Under the pieces are notes generated by a model that saw only the letters and a program-made list of their open reading frames with translations, ran no database searches and was not told the origin of the DNA. DNA of 64,000 nucleotides, taken from contig NC_092679.1 of NCBI RefSeq assembly GCF_964355755.1, forward strand, positions 24,349,432-24,413,431. Reading direction: 5' to 3'. Within the stretch, counting starts at the first letter, position 1; every line of letters begins with the position of its first letter. Both the position numbers and the translations under genes were made by a program. The stretch comes from Antedon mediterranea. Taxonomy: Eukaryota; Animalia; Echinodermata. Shown piece after piece: positions 26,131-39,300 of this stretch.

Positions 26131-26831
26131 TGTGTGGGAGGATTATAGTTTTATAGAGGAGTATAGATGTGTGTTTATTAATGAAATGACCCAGCACGCG
26201 ATAAGATGGAGATGGACAAGCCCAGTTTGGAACGGAGTTTATTTACATGAAAAGAAAAAGATAAATTTGAATCAATGTGAATGCCAAGATGTTTCTGTTT
26301 GTCAGTTTGTGATATGGGTATATACAAAACGATATTAAAAGTAGTGACTTTTATTTCTATTTTATATCACTGTGCTACCCTGGTGCTAAATTGGGTCCAC
26401 TTGAGCAGTTACCGTAGTACTATTTCTATTATTGAAGTTAATAAAGGCATAAATGGCGCTCCGTAGAGAAGTAGAGAATGCTCCAGTCGTCAGAATGAAG
26501 CTCTGAATATACCTCAAACACCGGCGCACACCGGACTGCCAAAACCTGCTTCCGGTATTTACACGATGCCCTGAACATTATGCTTTAATTTCTAATTTTA
26601 ATAGGCTAAAATTTAAAAAAATTATTTTTAAAAACATTTTTAAAACTTTGCTGATTTATTAAATTATGATTGATTGATAAAAAAATAATACTAGGGCCTA
26701 ATATACTTTTATGATACTTTTGTTAGAGGTATGTGCGTAAGACCTTTGACCTGCAAAAAAAAAGAAGTGAACGAACCACCATTTTTCGCAATCATAATTA
26801 GCCTAATATTATTAATATTATATTGTTAAAT

Positions 26832-29025
26832 ATGGGTCTTCATTCCATATTAAGAAAGATGAAGCAAAAAGAAAAAGAGTTGCGGTTACTTATGCTGTAA
26901 GTTCCATAAAACTATGTTAAAAGGAGTGTGTAAATAAGCTATAGGCCCTAGGCTAGGCTGTATAATCGTATAATAGCCTATTTTATTATTAAATAGGCCT
27001 GGTAGAGTAGGCCTAGCTAGAGAGCCTAGCTAGCTAGGGACAGGCCCTCTCTACTACTAGTACCACTACTGCTAGCTAGGCTAGTAGTAGTAAGCCCTAA
27101 CTTAACATCTAGCGTTTTGAGTATTTGGTGTTTTCATTTTCAATACTGTTTTTTGAGATAATTAATTGTGATAAAAAGAAAACTATTTTTAAAAATGATT
27201 TTTTTTCCGCTTTTTTTTACATGATTTAAAAAAAATATCCAGTGGACTAGATAATGCAGGTAAAACAACAATTCTTAAGAAGTTTAATGGTGAAGACATC
27301 AATACAATATCCCCTACCTTAGGCTTCAATATAAAAACACTGGAACACCGTGAGTAAGTTAAACATTGAAATTATTATTATTACATGCAATTTTCATTAT
27401 CTATTTTTTACAAAACATGACTGCACGTATAAATTTGATTTAAAAGTGTAATTTATGATTTGTTCATGTACATATTTTAAATTTGATCTATACTATTGTA
27501 TTAACTATCAGTAGGCTAAGTCTGTATTTTGTATAAATTATGCAGATGTGACAATTACTGTACAGAGGTCTATCCTAATCACCCAATTGAGATATGAATT
27601 TTATTTTAAATAAAGTACATTAATATTTTATAATAAATTTAAAATAACTTTAAAACTAAAATAAATTAAATATGACTATAATAATTCTTGCTTCATTTTT
27701 GACAGCTTTAAACTAAATATATGGGACGTAGGAGGTCAGAAATCTCTACGATCTTATTGGAGAAATTACTTTGAAAGCACCGACGGATTGGTATGGGTTG
27801 TTGACAGTGCTGACAAGAGACGTATGCAGGATTGTCAGAAAGAATTGCATGAACTCCTTCAAGAAGAGGTTTGTCAATTAACCTTGGAATTTCTAAAGTT
27901 GTAAATTGTTGTTATATAATTATACCTTAATAGAAAGTTGACACAAAAAAAGATCTTTAGATATATTTTATTTGATATATTCAGTACTGTAAATTCATAA
28001 TTAGTCCCACTTAAATGTAGCCATGCTCCTTGGACTCTACTCAGTAGTGTTTGATTGTTACGTTAGTGGGTGATACATGAGCGACAAGAGTCATTCTAGC
28101 TGGGAACTGTTGTTTTACCTTTAAATAACTAACAAGAAAAACCTTTACTTTCTCTTTCAACCTTAGAGATTAGCTGGTGCCACGTTGTTAGTGTTTGCCA
28201 ACAAGCAAGACCTTCCAGGATCACTCAGCCCTGAAGAAATCAGACAGGTGTGTGTGGATGACGTGATTATTATAATTATTCCTTAAATGATGTATGGTCT
28301 ACTGATTTGGATATACTATGTGATATTTAACAATTTAAATATAAAGATGTATTGTCCCCCAAAAACATGATAAAATGAAGATTTGAATAAGCCATTTTGT
28401 AGTTTTGATAAAGTTAATCACTAAAAATTAATGTTTTCACTTATAAAAAGACAAAACAAATGGTTTAATTTTACAACCAAATTTGACATTTTTGCTTTAA
28501 TTTTTTCAGGTAAATAATTTTTTTTAGATTCATAAGTGAATAAATATTATAGAACATAACAGTGGCATTTCAACAATAGAACATTGAAAAAAAAAGAAAT
28601 TTTGTTCAGGGGGACAATATATTTATTTATTACCATATTTACTGAGGGTAGCCTATCCAGTTCCTAATAGAACTGATCATTCAAGGCCCTCGAAATATCG
28701 AAATATATCTTTTATATTAGATTTTTAATTTGTTTAACTACAAGCCTGTCAACTTGATTCCTAATTCCTGCAGGAGACATTGTCATGAAGTTCTCCATTT
28801 CACAAAAATTAAACCACTTTTACTTTGCAACAGAAAGTGAATGTGATTATTATAGGCCTATTAACTGATTACATGGTCTTATGTTTCCAGGCGATGAATT
28901 TGGATGAGATTAAAACACATCATTGGATGATAATTGGCTGCAGTGCAGTGACTGGATTAAATCTTCTCAGTGGTATTGATTGGTTGATAGATGACATTGC
29001 ATCACGGATATTTACTATGGATTGA
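26832..29025 (+). CDS. ARL2: ADP-ribosylation factor-like protein 2, 5 exons
   Basis: Exons 26832-26896, 27243-27353, 27706-27868, 28167-28247, 28891-29025. [89 protein letters not shown]. Confidence 0.97.
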
Positions 29026-29146
29026 TTACTTTATCAGTAAGAACAATTTCTTATTTGTTTAGTTTTTTTCATGTAAAATGTATAAACTTTAAAAGGGTTT
29101 ATAATAAGCTCTATACTGGATGACAAAGCTTTGTGATGTTTTAAAT

Positions 29147-29273
29147 ACAGTTAGAACCCCTACTTAGGGACACCCTGTTAAGGGGACACTTTTCTGTGAA
29201 ATGAACGCTACAGACCACCCCTATTAAGGAGACAACTTGTTAGTTTAAAGGTGTCCCCTTATTGTGGGTTCTA
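29147..29273. mobile_element. Tc1/mariner-pogo-type MITE remnant (related fragments near 3340-3465 and 49240-49397)
   Basis: ta-cagttagaacccc...ggggacac core and inverted gtgtcccc...gggttcta end. Confidence 0.55.
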
Positions 29274-29444
29274 TAAATAATGCTGTAGCACATACTTAAA
29301 AGTGCATCACAATGTTTTTAACAAACAAACAATCATTCCATACCATAAAAAAACAATTTTTATTTACATTGATTTAGATAATTTAAATACATGATTGTCC
29401 TAATTTAAAAAATATATATATATATTGCATTTAAAAAATTCCAG

Positions 29445-29560
29445 AATTACAGTCAGGCCTAATTACAGTCAGGCCTAATTACAGTCAGGCCTAATTACAG
29501 TCAGGCCTAATTACAGTCAGGCCTAATTACAGTCGGGCCTAATTACAGTCAGGCCTAATT
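29445..29560. repeat. 16-bp tandem repeat, ~7 copies
   Basis: Unit aattacagtcaggcct. Confidence 0.95.
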
Positions 29561-30388
29561 AAGTAAATATATACAAAGAAATACTTAAAATTCCCATGAA
29601 ATAATGGAAGAATCCATTAGGGAATTTTTTAGCATACTCTGTGGTATTAGAATAATATAGAATTATTAAACCTATGTTACATTCACTATGTATACATACT
29701 GTATACAATATTGATTTAAAATTAATTTGGCCTATTAATTACATATTATGAATCAATGTTAACAATAACACAGATGTACAGACTTAGCAACATATCTCAA
29801 TCATATTTTTTTGTAATATTTTTATTATAGAAAATTACATTGTAAAATTAATATATTGTAATATTGAATAATTTGATGATTTCAATACAGAACCACAATA
29901 ATCACATTTTGATCAACTAGACAAGATTTATTTAATGCCAAAAGTTACTGTAGAAGTTTGTTGTTATTTGTTATTATTTAAATACATATTTGTTTTGTTA
30001 TACCTTGTTATGTCTGGATTCCCACTGAGAAATTAATTTTTTTTTCTTTAACTTTGCAAATTGTTCTTTCCTACTTTGTCTGGAGAAAGTACTTCTAAAT
30101 ATCAGGCAGTAGAAAGACTATTCGTAAAACAAGACAAAGGCTATAGTATTAAACAGTACATGAAGTGGGGGGGGGGGGACCCCTCGGGCTGTCCCTGGTA
30201 CCATACAAAATGATTGTGATTTTTGTTCACTTTTATCTGTATTTGTACTTGTACTTTATGGTATAAAAATAAATCAAATCAAAGAAGGGTGGGGATTCAG
30301 CTATGTAGTGAATTGATAAAAGCACACCTTTTGATCCTAGAGTCTTTCGCCTTTTAGTAGTTCCGGAGGAAATTATGAGAAAATGTGA

Positions 30389-33300
30389 TTATAAGGTATT
30401 TAGAAGCTCATGGGGCTGTGGATCCAGTTTAGATGGACTACCTCTACGAGGTGAAATTAAGGAGTCTCTTGGGGTTGTTGACCTCTTTCCTTTAGTACGT
30501 ACTTTCTTATCTTTTTTATCAGGACCAATTACTAAACTTGCAAAGTCCATTGTTTTACTCAAGAACCGTTCTTCTTTGGTATACTGTGTTCCTATGTCTT
30601 TGTTCAAATCAACCGTTGCGTCGAGAGATCGGAGTGCCGCGCCAACGGCCTGACCCTTACGTCCACGATCATCCCATTGGCTTACGTCGGGGCGTAATGT
30701 TTTGTTCAGTTTATTTCTTCGTTCCTCCGACATGTTCTTAGTTACATCGTCAATATCGAGATCAACAAACTTCTGAGCGACTGGAATAAATGTGGCGTCA
30801 GAACGTCTGTCAAACACTCGGCTCATTCTTTCTTTACGATTAGTTCTTGCGGTTTCCTTTGATGATTTGTGTCCAAACACAAGCTCACTATACAAAATAA
30901 AATTTTCAAATTCACATTTTTTTCATAGAAATGTAATAAATGTTTATTAATACGGTATTATTAATTAATGTATCATAAAAATAAACTTTTTTCATATTGT
31001 GCAAATACATTTTATAAACAAACTAATGGGCAGAAAGTTTTTAAAGTTATGTACAGTAATTAAAAATAGTCGCTACTAAAAATCAAATTGGCTATATACT
31101 CACAATTTAAATGTGTAATTGTGCACACTGTTTCTTCTAAGATACTGTATAGTATTCATTTAATCTAACTGTTTAATTAAATATTCCAAAATCTTATTAT
31201 ACAGTAATTGATTTTATTTGGTGACTAGATCTATGTAATTTAGTGAGACATCTCTTCCTACTGTATGTATGTATTTTATTTGGTGACTAGATCTATGTAA
31301 TTTAGTGAGACATCTCTTCCTACTGTATGTATTTTATTTGGTGACTAGATCTATGTAATTTAGTGAGACATCTCTGCCTACTGTATGTATGTATTTATTT
31401 GGTGACTAGATCTATGTAATTTAGTGAGACATCTCTTCCTACTGTATGTACAGTATCTCATTCCTTTGTACTGTATAATTTTTTCCTGATTATATATATA
31501 TTATTATCCTATAACAAATTCTATATTCAAAGTGTATTTTTTATCCTTTATTTTCCAAGCAGTATAAAAAATATATCTAATAATTTTTCTATTTCTTTTA
31601 AAATCATATTGTAAATGTTAATAAATCTATCCTGCACTCTGTAGTCCTGACGTCTCTAAACCATAAACCTAGGCTAGGGTAACTCTTTTAACATTTCTTC
31701 TTCTAGTTGACTAAATGTTCTATCAAATGAAAAGAAAACATTCTATAAAGTAATGTAAACTAGTAATTTACGAAAAATAACCGACTGTATATGAACAAAA
31801 TATAATGTTTATTTAAGAATGAATACAGCATTATTTGAGCTGGAATTCTTAGTAATTTGCAATAACAGCAACCTTTCCTCCTTATATCTACTGTACGGTG
31901 AGAATATGTTTTACCCAGTAATTTGTAACAAATACTAAGTTGTACAATTAAGAACAGACAAAACATTTGTAAGTTCTCAAACATGACTCAAATGGTACTT
32001 TTAGACCACTTCTGGCATTCATTCTAATTAATGCCTACATGGTCTAAAGTCTGTAGAAACACAAGAACATACATTGTGCAATAATTTATTTGACCATGAC
32101 AAGAAAAAAAGGTGAATAATAAATAAACACATCACTGCTCTATTTCTCTTCTTATAGGAATTAATAGGAAAAACACAAATTAATTATGATTGGTTAACCT
32201 TTGACCTACTAACCTGAAGTCAATTTCACCATCTCCATCTTTATCAAGTGTGTGCATCAATTCATCCACCTGGCTCTCAGTCATACGGATTCCTGATGAC
32301 TACAATAATACAACATTCATTTTTACATTAATGTCCTATTATGTTTAAGAAGAGTTTGAGGACGCCTGGACTTACCCATATTATTTGATCCAAAAAAATG
32401 ACTGGGGTAATAATGTTCAGCGCTTAGAGGTTTCATTACATTAGGCGCTATATAAATCCAGGATATTATTATTATTATATCTAAACTAAACAGACATTAT
32501 CATCTGTTATATTTTACACATTGCTTTTACATTACAAATGTATAATTGTTTCAAATGTTGTGGTATCATTTATTGAAAATAAAAATAAGCAAATAGCTAA
32601 CTTTGATGTAGAAATACGTACTGTTAACAATTCCTCAGTATAACTAATACACTATTTGATTTGGTTTCAAATGATGTGCATTATTTTCCCCCATTGAATT
32701 GAATAAAAGTACTATTGCACTACAGTATGTGTGACAATGTATATGTTAATAAATATAAACAGAAAACGAGAGGAAAAAAATAGAAGATTTTCTTACACTT
32801 ATGCCTTTCTTGAATTCTTCTTTAGAGACGCTCATACTTTTGTCCTTGTCATAGGCCTTAAACAAATCCCACACACGCATGTTGTTTTTGTCAATGTAGT
32901 CTCGAAGCATCTTCAGTGGATCTGGTCTTTCTTTTTCTTTCTTTTTGAATGCTCCAAATGCACCCTTATAAAACACTTTGAAGTCAGGACGCAATTCTTG
33001 AATTTCTTTTAACAGATCTTGGAAATCCTTGTTCACCATAATGTCCTGAGATATTCAATAATAATATTGTTAGGTAATGAAGATGATTTGAGTAATTTTA
33101 GTACAATTAGTTTACACAGAGTTTTCAAACTTTTGAGTTTGCAAACTCCAAGTTTGGCAAGAAAAGTTGGCCTAAATCTGCCAACAGACTAATTAGACTA
33201 ATTTTCTGTAAACTAAAAACTGTAGAATGGTTTAAAGAATATTGAAATCATCCATGAATACATCTACAATTTGAATTTTGTACGACATTTTATGTATAGT

Positions 33301-36300
33301 TCAATTAATCAGGAAAGAGACTTGTTCACCTACTTAACACTGCAGACTTAGTATAAATATAAAAATAGTTCTCACCGTGAGATCCAAATCAATAAGTGCG
33401 CTATTCGTATTGGCACGCAAGGCTAACAGCAATGCATGCGCACCAGCTGCTGTTATAGGATTCAAACCAAGCTGTTAAGACAAAAGACATTATTTTATTT
33501 GTTATCCAATAATTATAATATATTTATTCATTTGATTAATATAGATTCACTCAAAAAAAAAATATTGATAAGATTATAATTAGAATTTATTTACAGTTTT
33601 AAAGATTAAAAGAAAAAGAATATGTAAATTGATTTGAGACCTTATTGAAATTTAATACACTAGTAGTAGAGGCTAATCAATTAGCAAAATATTACGGTAT
33701 TTGTCTATTTTTCCAATTATAGAAGTGTGTTTTAAAAATTTATTTAAATATTGAAAATAATTTGTAATGACCATGCATTCTAACCACTTTGGAAAATTCC
33801 CGAGATATATAGTAGTATTAAAATAATTTCAATGACATACTTGTCCAGTAGGCCTTATGTAGCCACATAGCGCACACCACTGTGTTGTGTTTTCTAAATA
33901 TTGATTTCATAACTACAGATTTTGGCTTATTTAAACACTCATATTATAAATACATTTTATACTCTAACAGTTATAACTTTGTTTATTCAATTGATTTCAT
34001 TTGTATATCTGCATACCAGCTGCCAAAATACCAACAAAAATTACAATATTTTTAATACTGCTGCTAGCTGAACTTAAATGTAACTAATTATGAAATTGTG
34101 CTACAGAAATGTGAAAATGTGTTAACAATTTACTCATATTTGGATGAATTGTTACTTGTATTTGACATTATATTAAAAGTTCACCTGACTTTAAAATATA
34201 TTATAATTATTAATATAAATATTGATGGACATTATACATTGCAAAAACTTAATTACAACATGTTTTTAGATTCAAATAAATTAATAATTTATACTGTAAA
34301 GTCTGTATAAAATTTGTTTGACAGTTTCCATTGGACAATCCTTACCTTTATCAATTTTAATGTGTCGTTTATTTCCAATCCTTTAGAAAGTAAAATAGCG
34401 CCCTCATTAGTTATTCTATTATTGCTCAGATCTAATTCAATGAGATTGCTGTTGAATTTCAAAGCTTCCGCCATTGCTAGAGCACCCTCATTGGCCAATC
34501 CATTCCATGATATATTTAGAATTTTGATTCCTATATTTTCCTTTAAAATATAATGATACAAATATTTGTTAATTCAGATAAAAAAAAATGATCAATTGTC
34601 CATATTAGGTGTTTTAATTGATAATGTGGCTTGTGAAATACTTTTTTGCAAAAAAGCAAGCAATGTCTGAAATAAAAACATCAACTAGTACTTACAGCTA
34701 ATCCTCTACATATACTGATTGCACCTTTCCTTCTAATGTGGTTCCAACTGAGATCTAACACTTCTAAAGTCTCATTTGTTGCTATGGTAGAAATATAAAT
34801 ATAATATTTATAAAGTTTAGCACATTTATTTTCTAAAAATATTTGTTTATGGGATTTGGAAGACATTTAATCGAAGTAAAATGTATTAATCCATTTGGAT
34901 GACTAATTAATTGACATGAGTAAATTTATGTGAAAAATAACATTGAAATTGGCAAGAAAGATTTCAAACACAGGGTCTTTATAATGTCTAATGGCAGGAT
35001 TTCTTACCAATGGCTGGGCCAAGAATTTCACCACCAATTTCTGAAAATTCGTTGTGGCTTAAGTTTAACTCTTTGACCTTGCTGTAGTTGCTCTGTGAAA
35101 AAGAAAAGTTATTTGTTTGAAATAGTAGTAGTTTCCAGAACATTTGTATACTGTACTTTACTTTCAGTGCGAATTTCTTTCTTTTTTATCCATATCGACC
35201 AGTCAATTCAGTTTATTATAGTTGGGGCCTACGTTTGTTTTGAGACTCCGAAACAATCATGTGTTTAAAATAAAAGACTGAATTTTACTTTTCTTAATTT
35301 CTAAATCATAATATGCTCTCCTTAAGACAAGAAATCTGTGCTTGTTTTCCTAAATTATTAATCTCTTACAATTTTATTTTTTTTAGTCGCCTGCAAACGG
35401 TCGGTAGGTTTGTTGGTCGGTCGGTAAACACTAACTCAAATTTGAGCATGCGACTGCAGCCATGTACATATGGCCTTGTTCTATTATTATTGATGTATTA
35501 TATTTTCATACAATCTCATTAATGTTGGTCTATTTTTATACATTTTTTTTAGTTGCATTCATTCAGTGCTTTTGTTATTCATCCTTGTTATTGAAATATT
35601 CAGGCCAATAACATTAATAATAATTACATGAGTATTGGCGCATTACAGATATTAATGTGTTGCTATAAAGCGTGTATTGACTGAGTACTCCATGTACTTC
35701 TGCTAGTAATTAAGTTTGATTATTTGAATCCAAGAATAGTAGAAACTGTTGAGTACAGTACTCACCTGAAGTGCATATGCAAAGTGTTCAGCATCTCTAT
35801 CTCCAAATCCGTTTCCTACAAATCAATCCAAATTGATTGATTGATCAATTTATTTCAGAATAACAAAATTCCATAAAAAACAAAGAAAACGAAAAATCAC
35901 ACTAAACCAGGATTTTCTCCCATTTTGTGGAAAGATTTGAAAACCGTAACAAATAGTTCGTAACAAGCAAGATCATTTTCACTATTTTCAATTCAATTTC
36001 AATAATTTTCACTATTCAATACTCTTTATATGTTCTAGATAAGCTTAGTTACAGTCTTTTTTTGACTATAAGTATTTTAACAAAATATTTGTTATTTCTA
36101 CCTGACAAAATGACCTTGCGTAGACTCTGGTTGTCATGTAGCATTTCACACATAGCTGGTGCACCTTTGCTGCCAATTTTGTTCTCACTTAGATTCTAGA
36201 ATGATAAATAATTTCAAGGATGACAAACAATTTTTGTTCTGATGATAAATTTATGTGAAGTGAAAAGAGCATAATAAACCAATCCTCTCTTCTTCTGTCA

Positions 36301-39300
36301 CCTATCTTTCAGTTCTAAATATATATATTTTTTTATTCTATTGTAGATTTCTACTGAAACCAAATGTTAGAAGTGCAATGCTAAATAGATGTGGGCTGGA
36401 AAATTACGATTAAATATACTTTATATATGGCAGAAATAATGTTATTCGCCATGCCGAAAATTCAACCAACTATATTAAAATCCTAGGAAGGAATTTCAGT
36501 TTAAAAAGACTTTTTTTATTGTGATATTTTGATAATAATTTATTATGTTAATAATAATAAAATGACACACAATGCTAAGGCCAATAGCGGCAAACTATCA
36601 GTAAATTAGTTTTAAACGCTATAAGTAAAAGGCAAAACAACAATATATACCAAGTTACAGTAGGTCATGGATTAACTGGGAACCTGTATTTTTTTAATAA
36701 GGAACTTGTTTTGTATGGTATTGCTAATTAGAAAAAAATAAATAAAAGCTAAGGGAACATGTGAAGATTATTCTACTGCAGTACTAACTACATTGTTAAC
36801 TTATTAATCTGTTCATGCAATCACTTAACAAGCTTTTCTGTGCAGATGTGGAGGGACTGCATCATACAATAAACAAAATCATTGCAGTAGTAAGAAACTG
36901 TAGTTACTGCAGCAACTGCAGTAGAACAATTTCGAACATGATCCATACATAATACTTTATTTTGACTGGTTTATGTTTTCTTACCAAGTGTGCAATATAA
37001 CAGTTTTCTTTCATCATGTCAGCAATGTATATGGCACCATCACTCTCTATCCAGTTATCTTCCAGATCTAATGTTAAAATGGTTGTGTTTGTCTATAGGA
37101 AATAAATAAACATTAATATAAACACTTTGATTTACACAATTGCTGTACTTATACAATAACAATAGAGGTAAAAAAGGAAAGAACACATACTTAAATGATT
37201 AAATCTCAATATATTAAAATGTTTGTTAGAGAATTGAACATGGAAAAGCAAGATAATAACCACAAGTTAAGTTTATTATAACATAATATCCGATCTGCCA
37301 ACATTGTACATGTATTCACAACTCATTAAAATAGCTAAATACATTAGTTGTATTATTAGATTTACATTGAGAATATTTCATAAAATCTTACCACAAGCGG
37401 AATTGCAATGGCTTTAGCACCAGTAGGGCCTAACCCATGATGTTTCATCACAACCTTTGAGCTTTGCATGTGGCGCATAAAGTGAGACACAGGTATAACG
37501 CCCAGGTCCGTACATGCTTGCTGGTACACCTTCTTACCGGATGCGTCGAAAGATACTTTGGAAACCTCGCCTTCAAACGATGGAAATAAAACTCATTAGT
37601 TGTCTGTTCAGAGGAATAGATGCATTAAATCAGGGAAGATTTCACTCACTCACTCAATCAATCAATCAAATCAACATTTATTTCTTCCACATAAAATAAG
37701 AACAAATATCCAATATAAATTGTAATATGAAGGAAGAGGGCAAAACTCAAAAAGTAACGCCAGATGAAAAACAGAAATTCTATTAATCAAACGGCTTTGT
37801 GGCGAGCTAGCCCTAAATGAATGATAAAAATTACAAATTCATTAACGGACACAAACACACAGACTGATTAATTTAAAATTTCAATGTATAGTTTCTGTAT
37901 AGATAAGATACTTAAAACGTCATCATTATGAATCTGAAATGAATTATGGACAATATTGTTGTCTTTCTAAACATTCCTATATCTACAAAGGATAGTGATC
38001 GACACTCATTCTTTTTTTTTCTCTCTCTCTCTCTCTTTTAATTTCATCAATAGTTGGAATCGTTAGAAATAGTGCGTCTTTTCTCTTCCAAAAAACACAC
38101 GCGACGTTTTTAATCATCATCAGTGTGTTGTTATTTTCTACCACATGCAGGGCTTATTGAAATGTACGGTGTGCTATCACGTTTGCTTCGTTATTCTTTT
38201 CTTATTGATTGTTTTTGGCGATTGTTACAAATATAGCTTAAGATTAATCTTTGAAAAGAGTAGTTTCAAGGCATATCTTTAATAGCCATGCATCATCACT
38301 ATGATTTGAAACGGTTGCTGCAAATCAGTTTTAAACTATTTTTAAATGAACCCATTGAAATTAATAATCGTTGTTATCAAAATTCGCATTGTATACGTCT
38401 CCATAGAGATTGTCATGGCAACAAATACAGTATCTGTAGATAACACGCGGGACACAAAACCTGGAAAGTTGTTCAATAATCATAAGTGGTTTTTACGTGA
38501 TTTGCGTACAATGCGCATCCATTTGCTAGTTATGGAATGTTGTTAAAAACAATAATAATACTAGACATGAAACTCGTCACTTTGACGAGTTAGTTATCCG
38601 CACGACAAACGCCACGTGCACGTCATACGGTGGAATATTGCACACAGAAAAAGATTATGGCATTATGACCTGAACTGAAGAATATCATATCTTGTTAGTG
38701 CTGAATTCTGTCTATTTTGTGTCATATAGTATATGCAGTATAATCTGTATACATATTACATACAGTGTAGAATAGGTGAAATTACGGGACCCACCGTTTA
38801 TTCCAATTTTTAACATGGCGACGATATTAAAATTAAACACTAAGATAGCAATTTCGGAAGGACATTATCTCACCAACAACATATTAACGTGTAGAAGAAA
38901 TTTGAATACGTAGAATATGGATGCGTGCTCGTTTAAATATGATGAACCATGACGCAAAATATGAAAATACGACTTTTTTTATTCAACTGGCCATAGGATG
39001 ACTTCACAACATCCGATTGGCAAAATGTTCACATTAATTCGTATCTACAGTCCAATAGCTTCCAGAAAACGTTTTAATCATAATCATCACTTTTTATTCT
39101 TACGAGCTATAACAGATTAAAATTTACTGTAAAGATGAAATTAATAACCCTGTTAATTATAATTTTTAGGCATGATGACGTCATAAAAATTAAAATATTT
39201 TTAACTCATGCGAAAGATAGTTGATTGACCTAGACAATATTAAAATCTCGGAGAAAAAGGAATACAGATAGGCGTGATGCGCTCCATTGAATATGATGAG

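Larger units (their letters stand above)
23746..26515. mobile_element. Non-autonomous Mutator-like (MULE)/foldback DNA element with ~200-bp TIRs
   Basis: Left end gaggtaaattcagagc...gagcgccatttatgcctttatt...gtactacggtaactg is the reverse complement of about 26320-26515. Flanks aaacacccc (23737-23745) and aaacaccgg (26516-26524) form an imperfect 9-bp TSD. Subterminal ~80-bp repeats on both sides; inner inverted pair about 24536-24598 / 25068-25138. No transposase seen. Confidence 0.8.
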
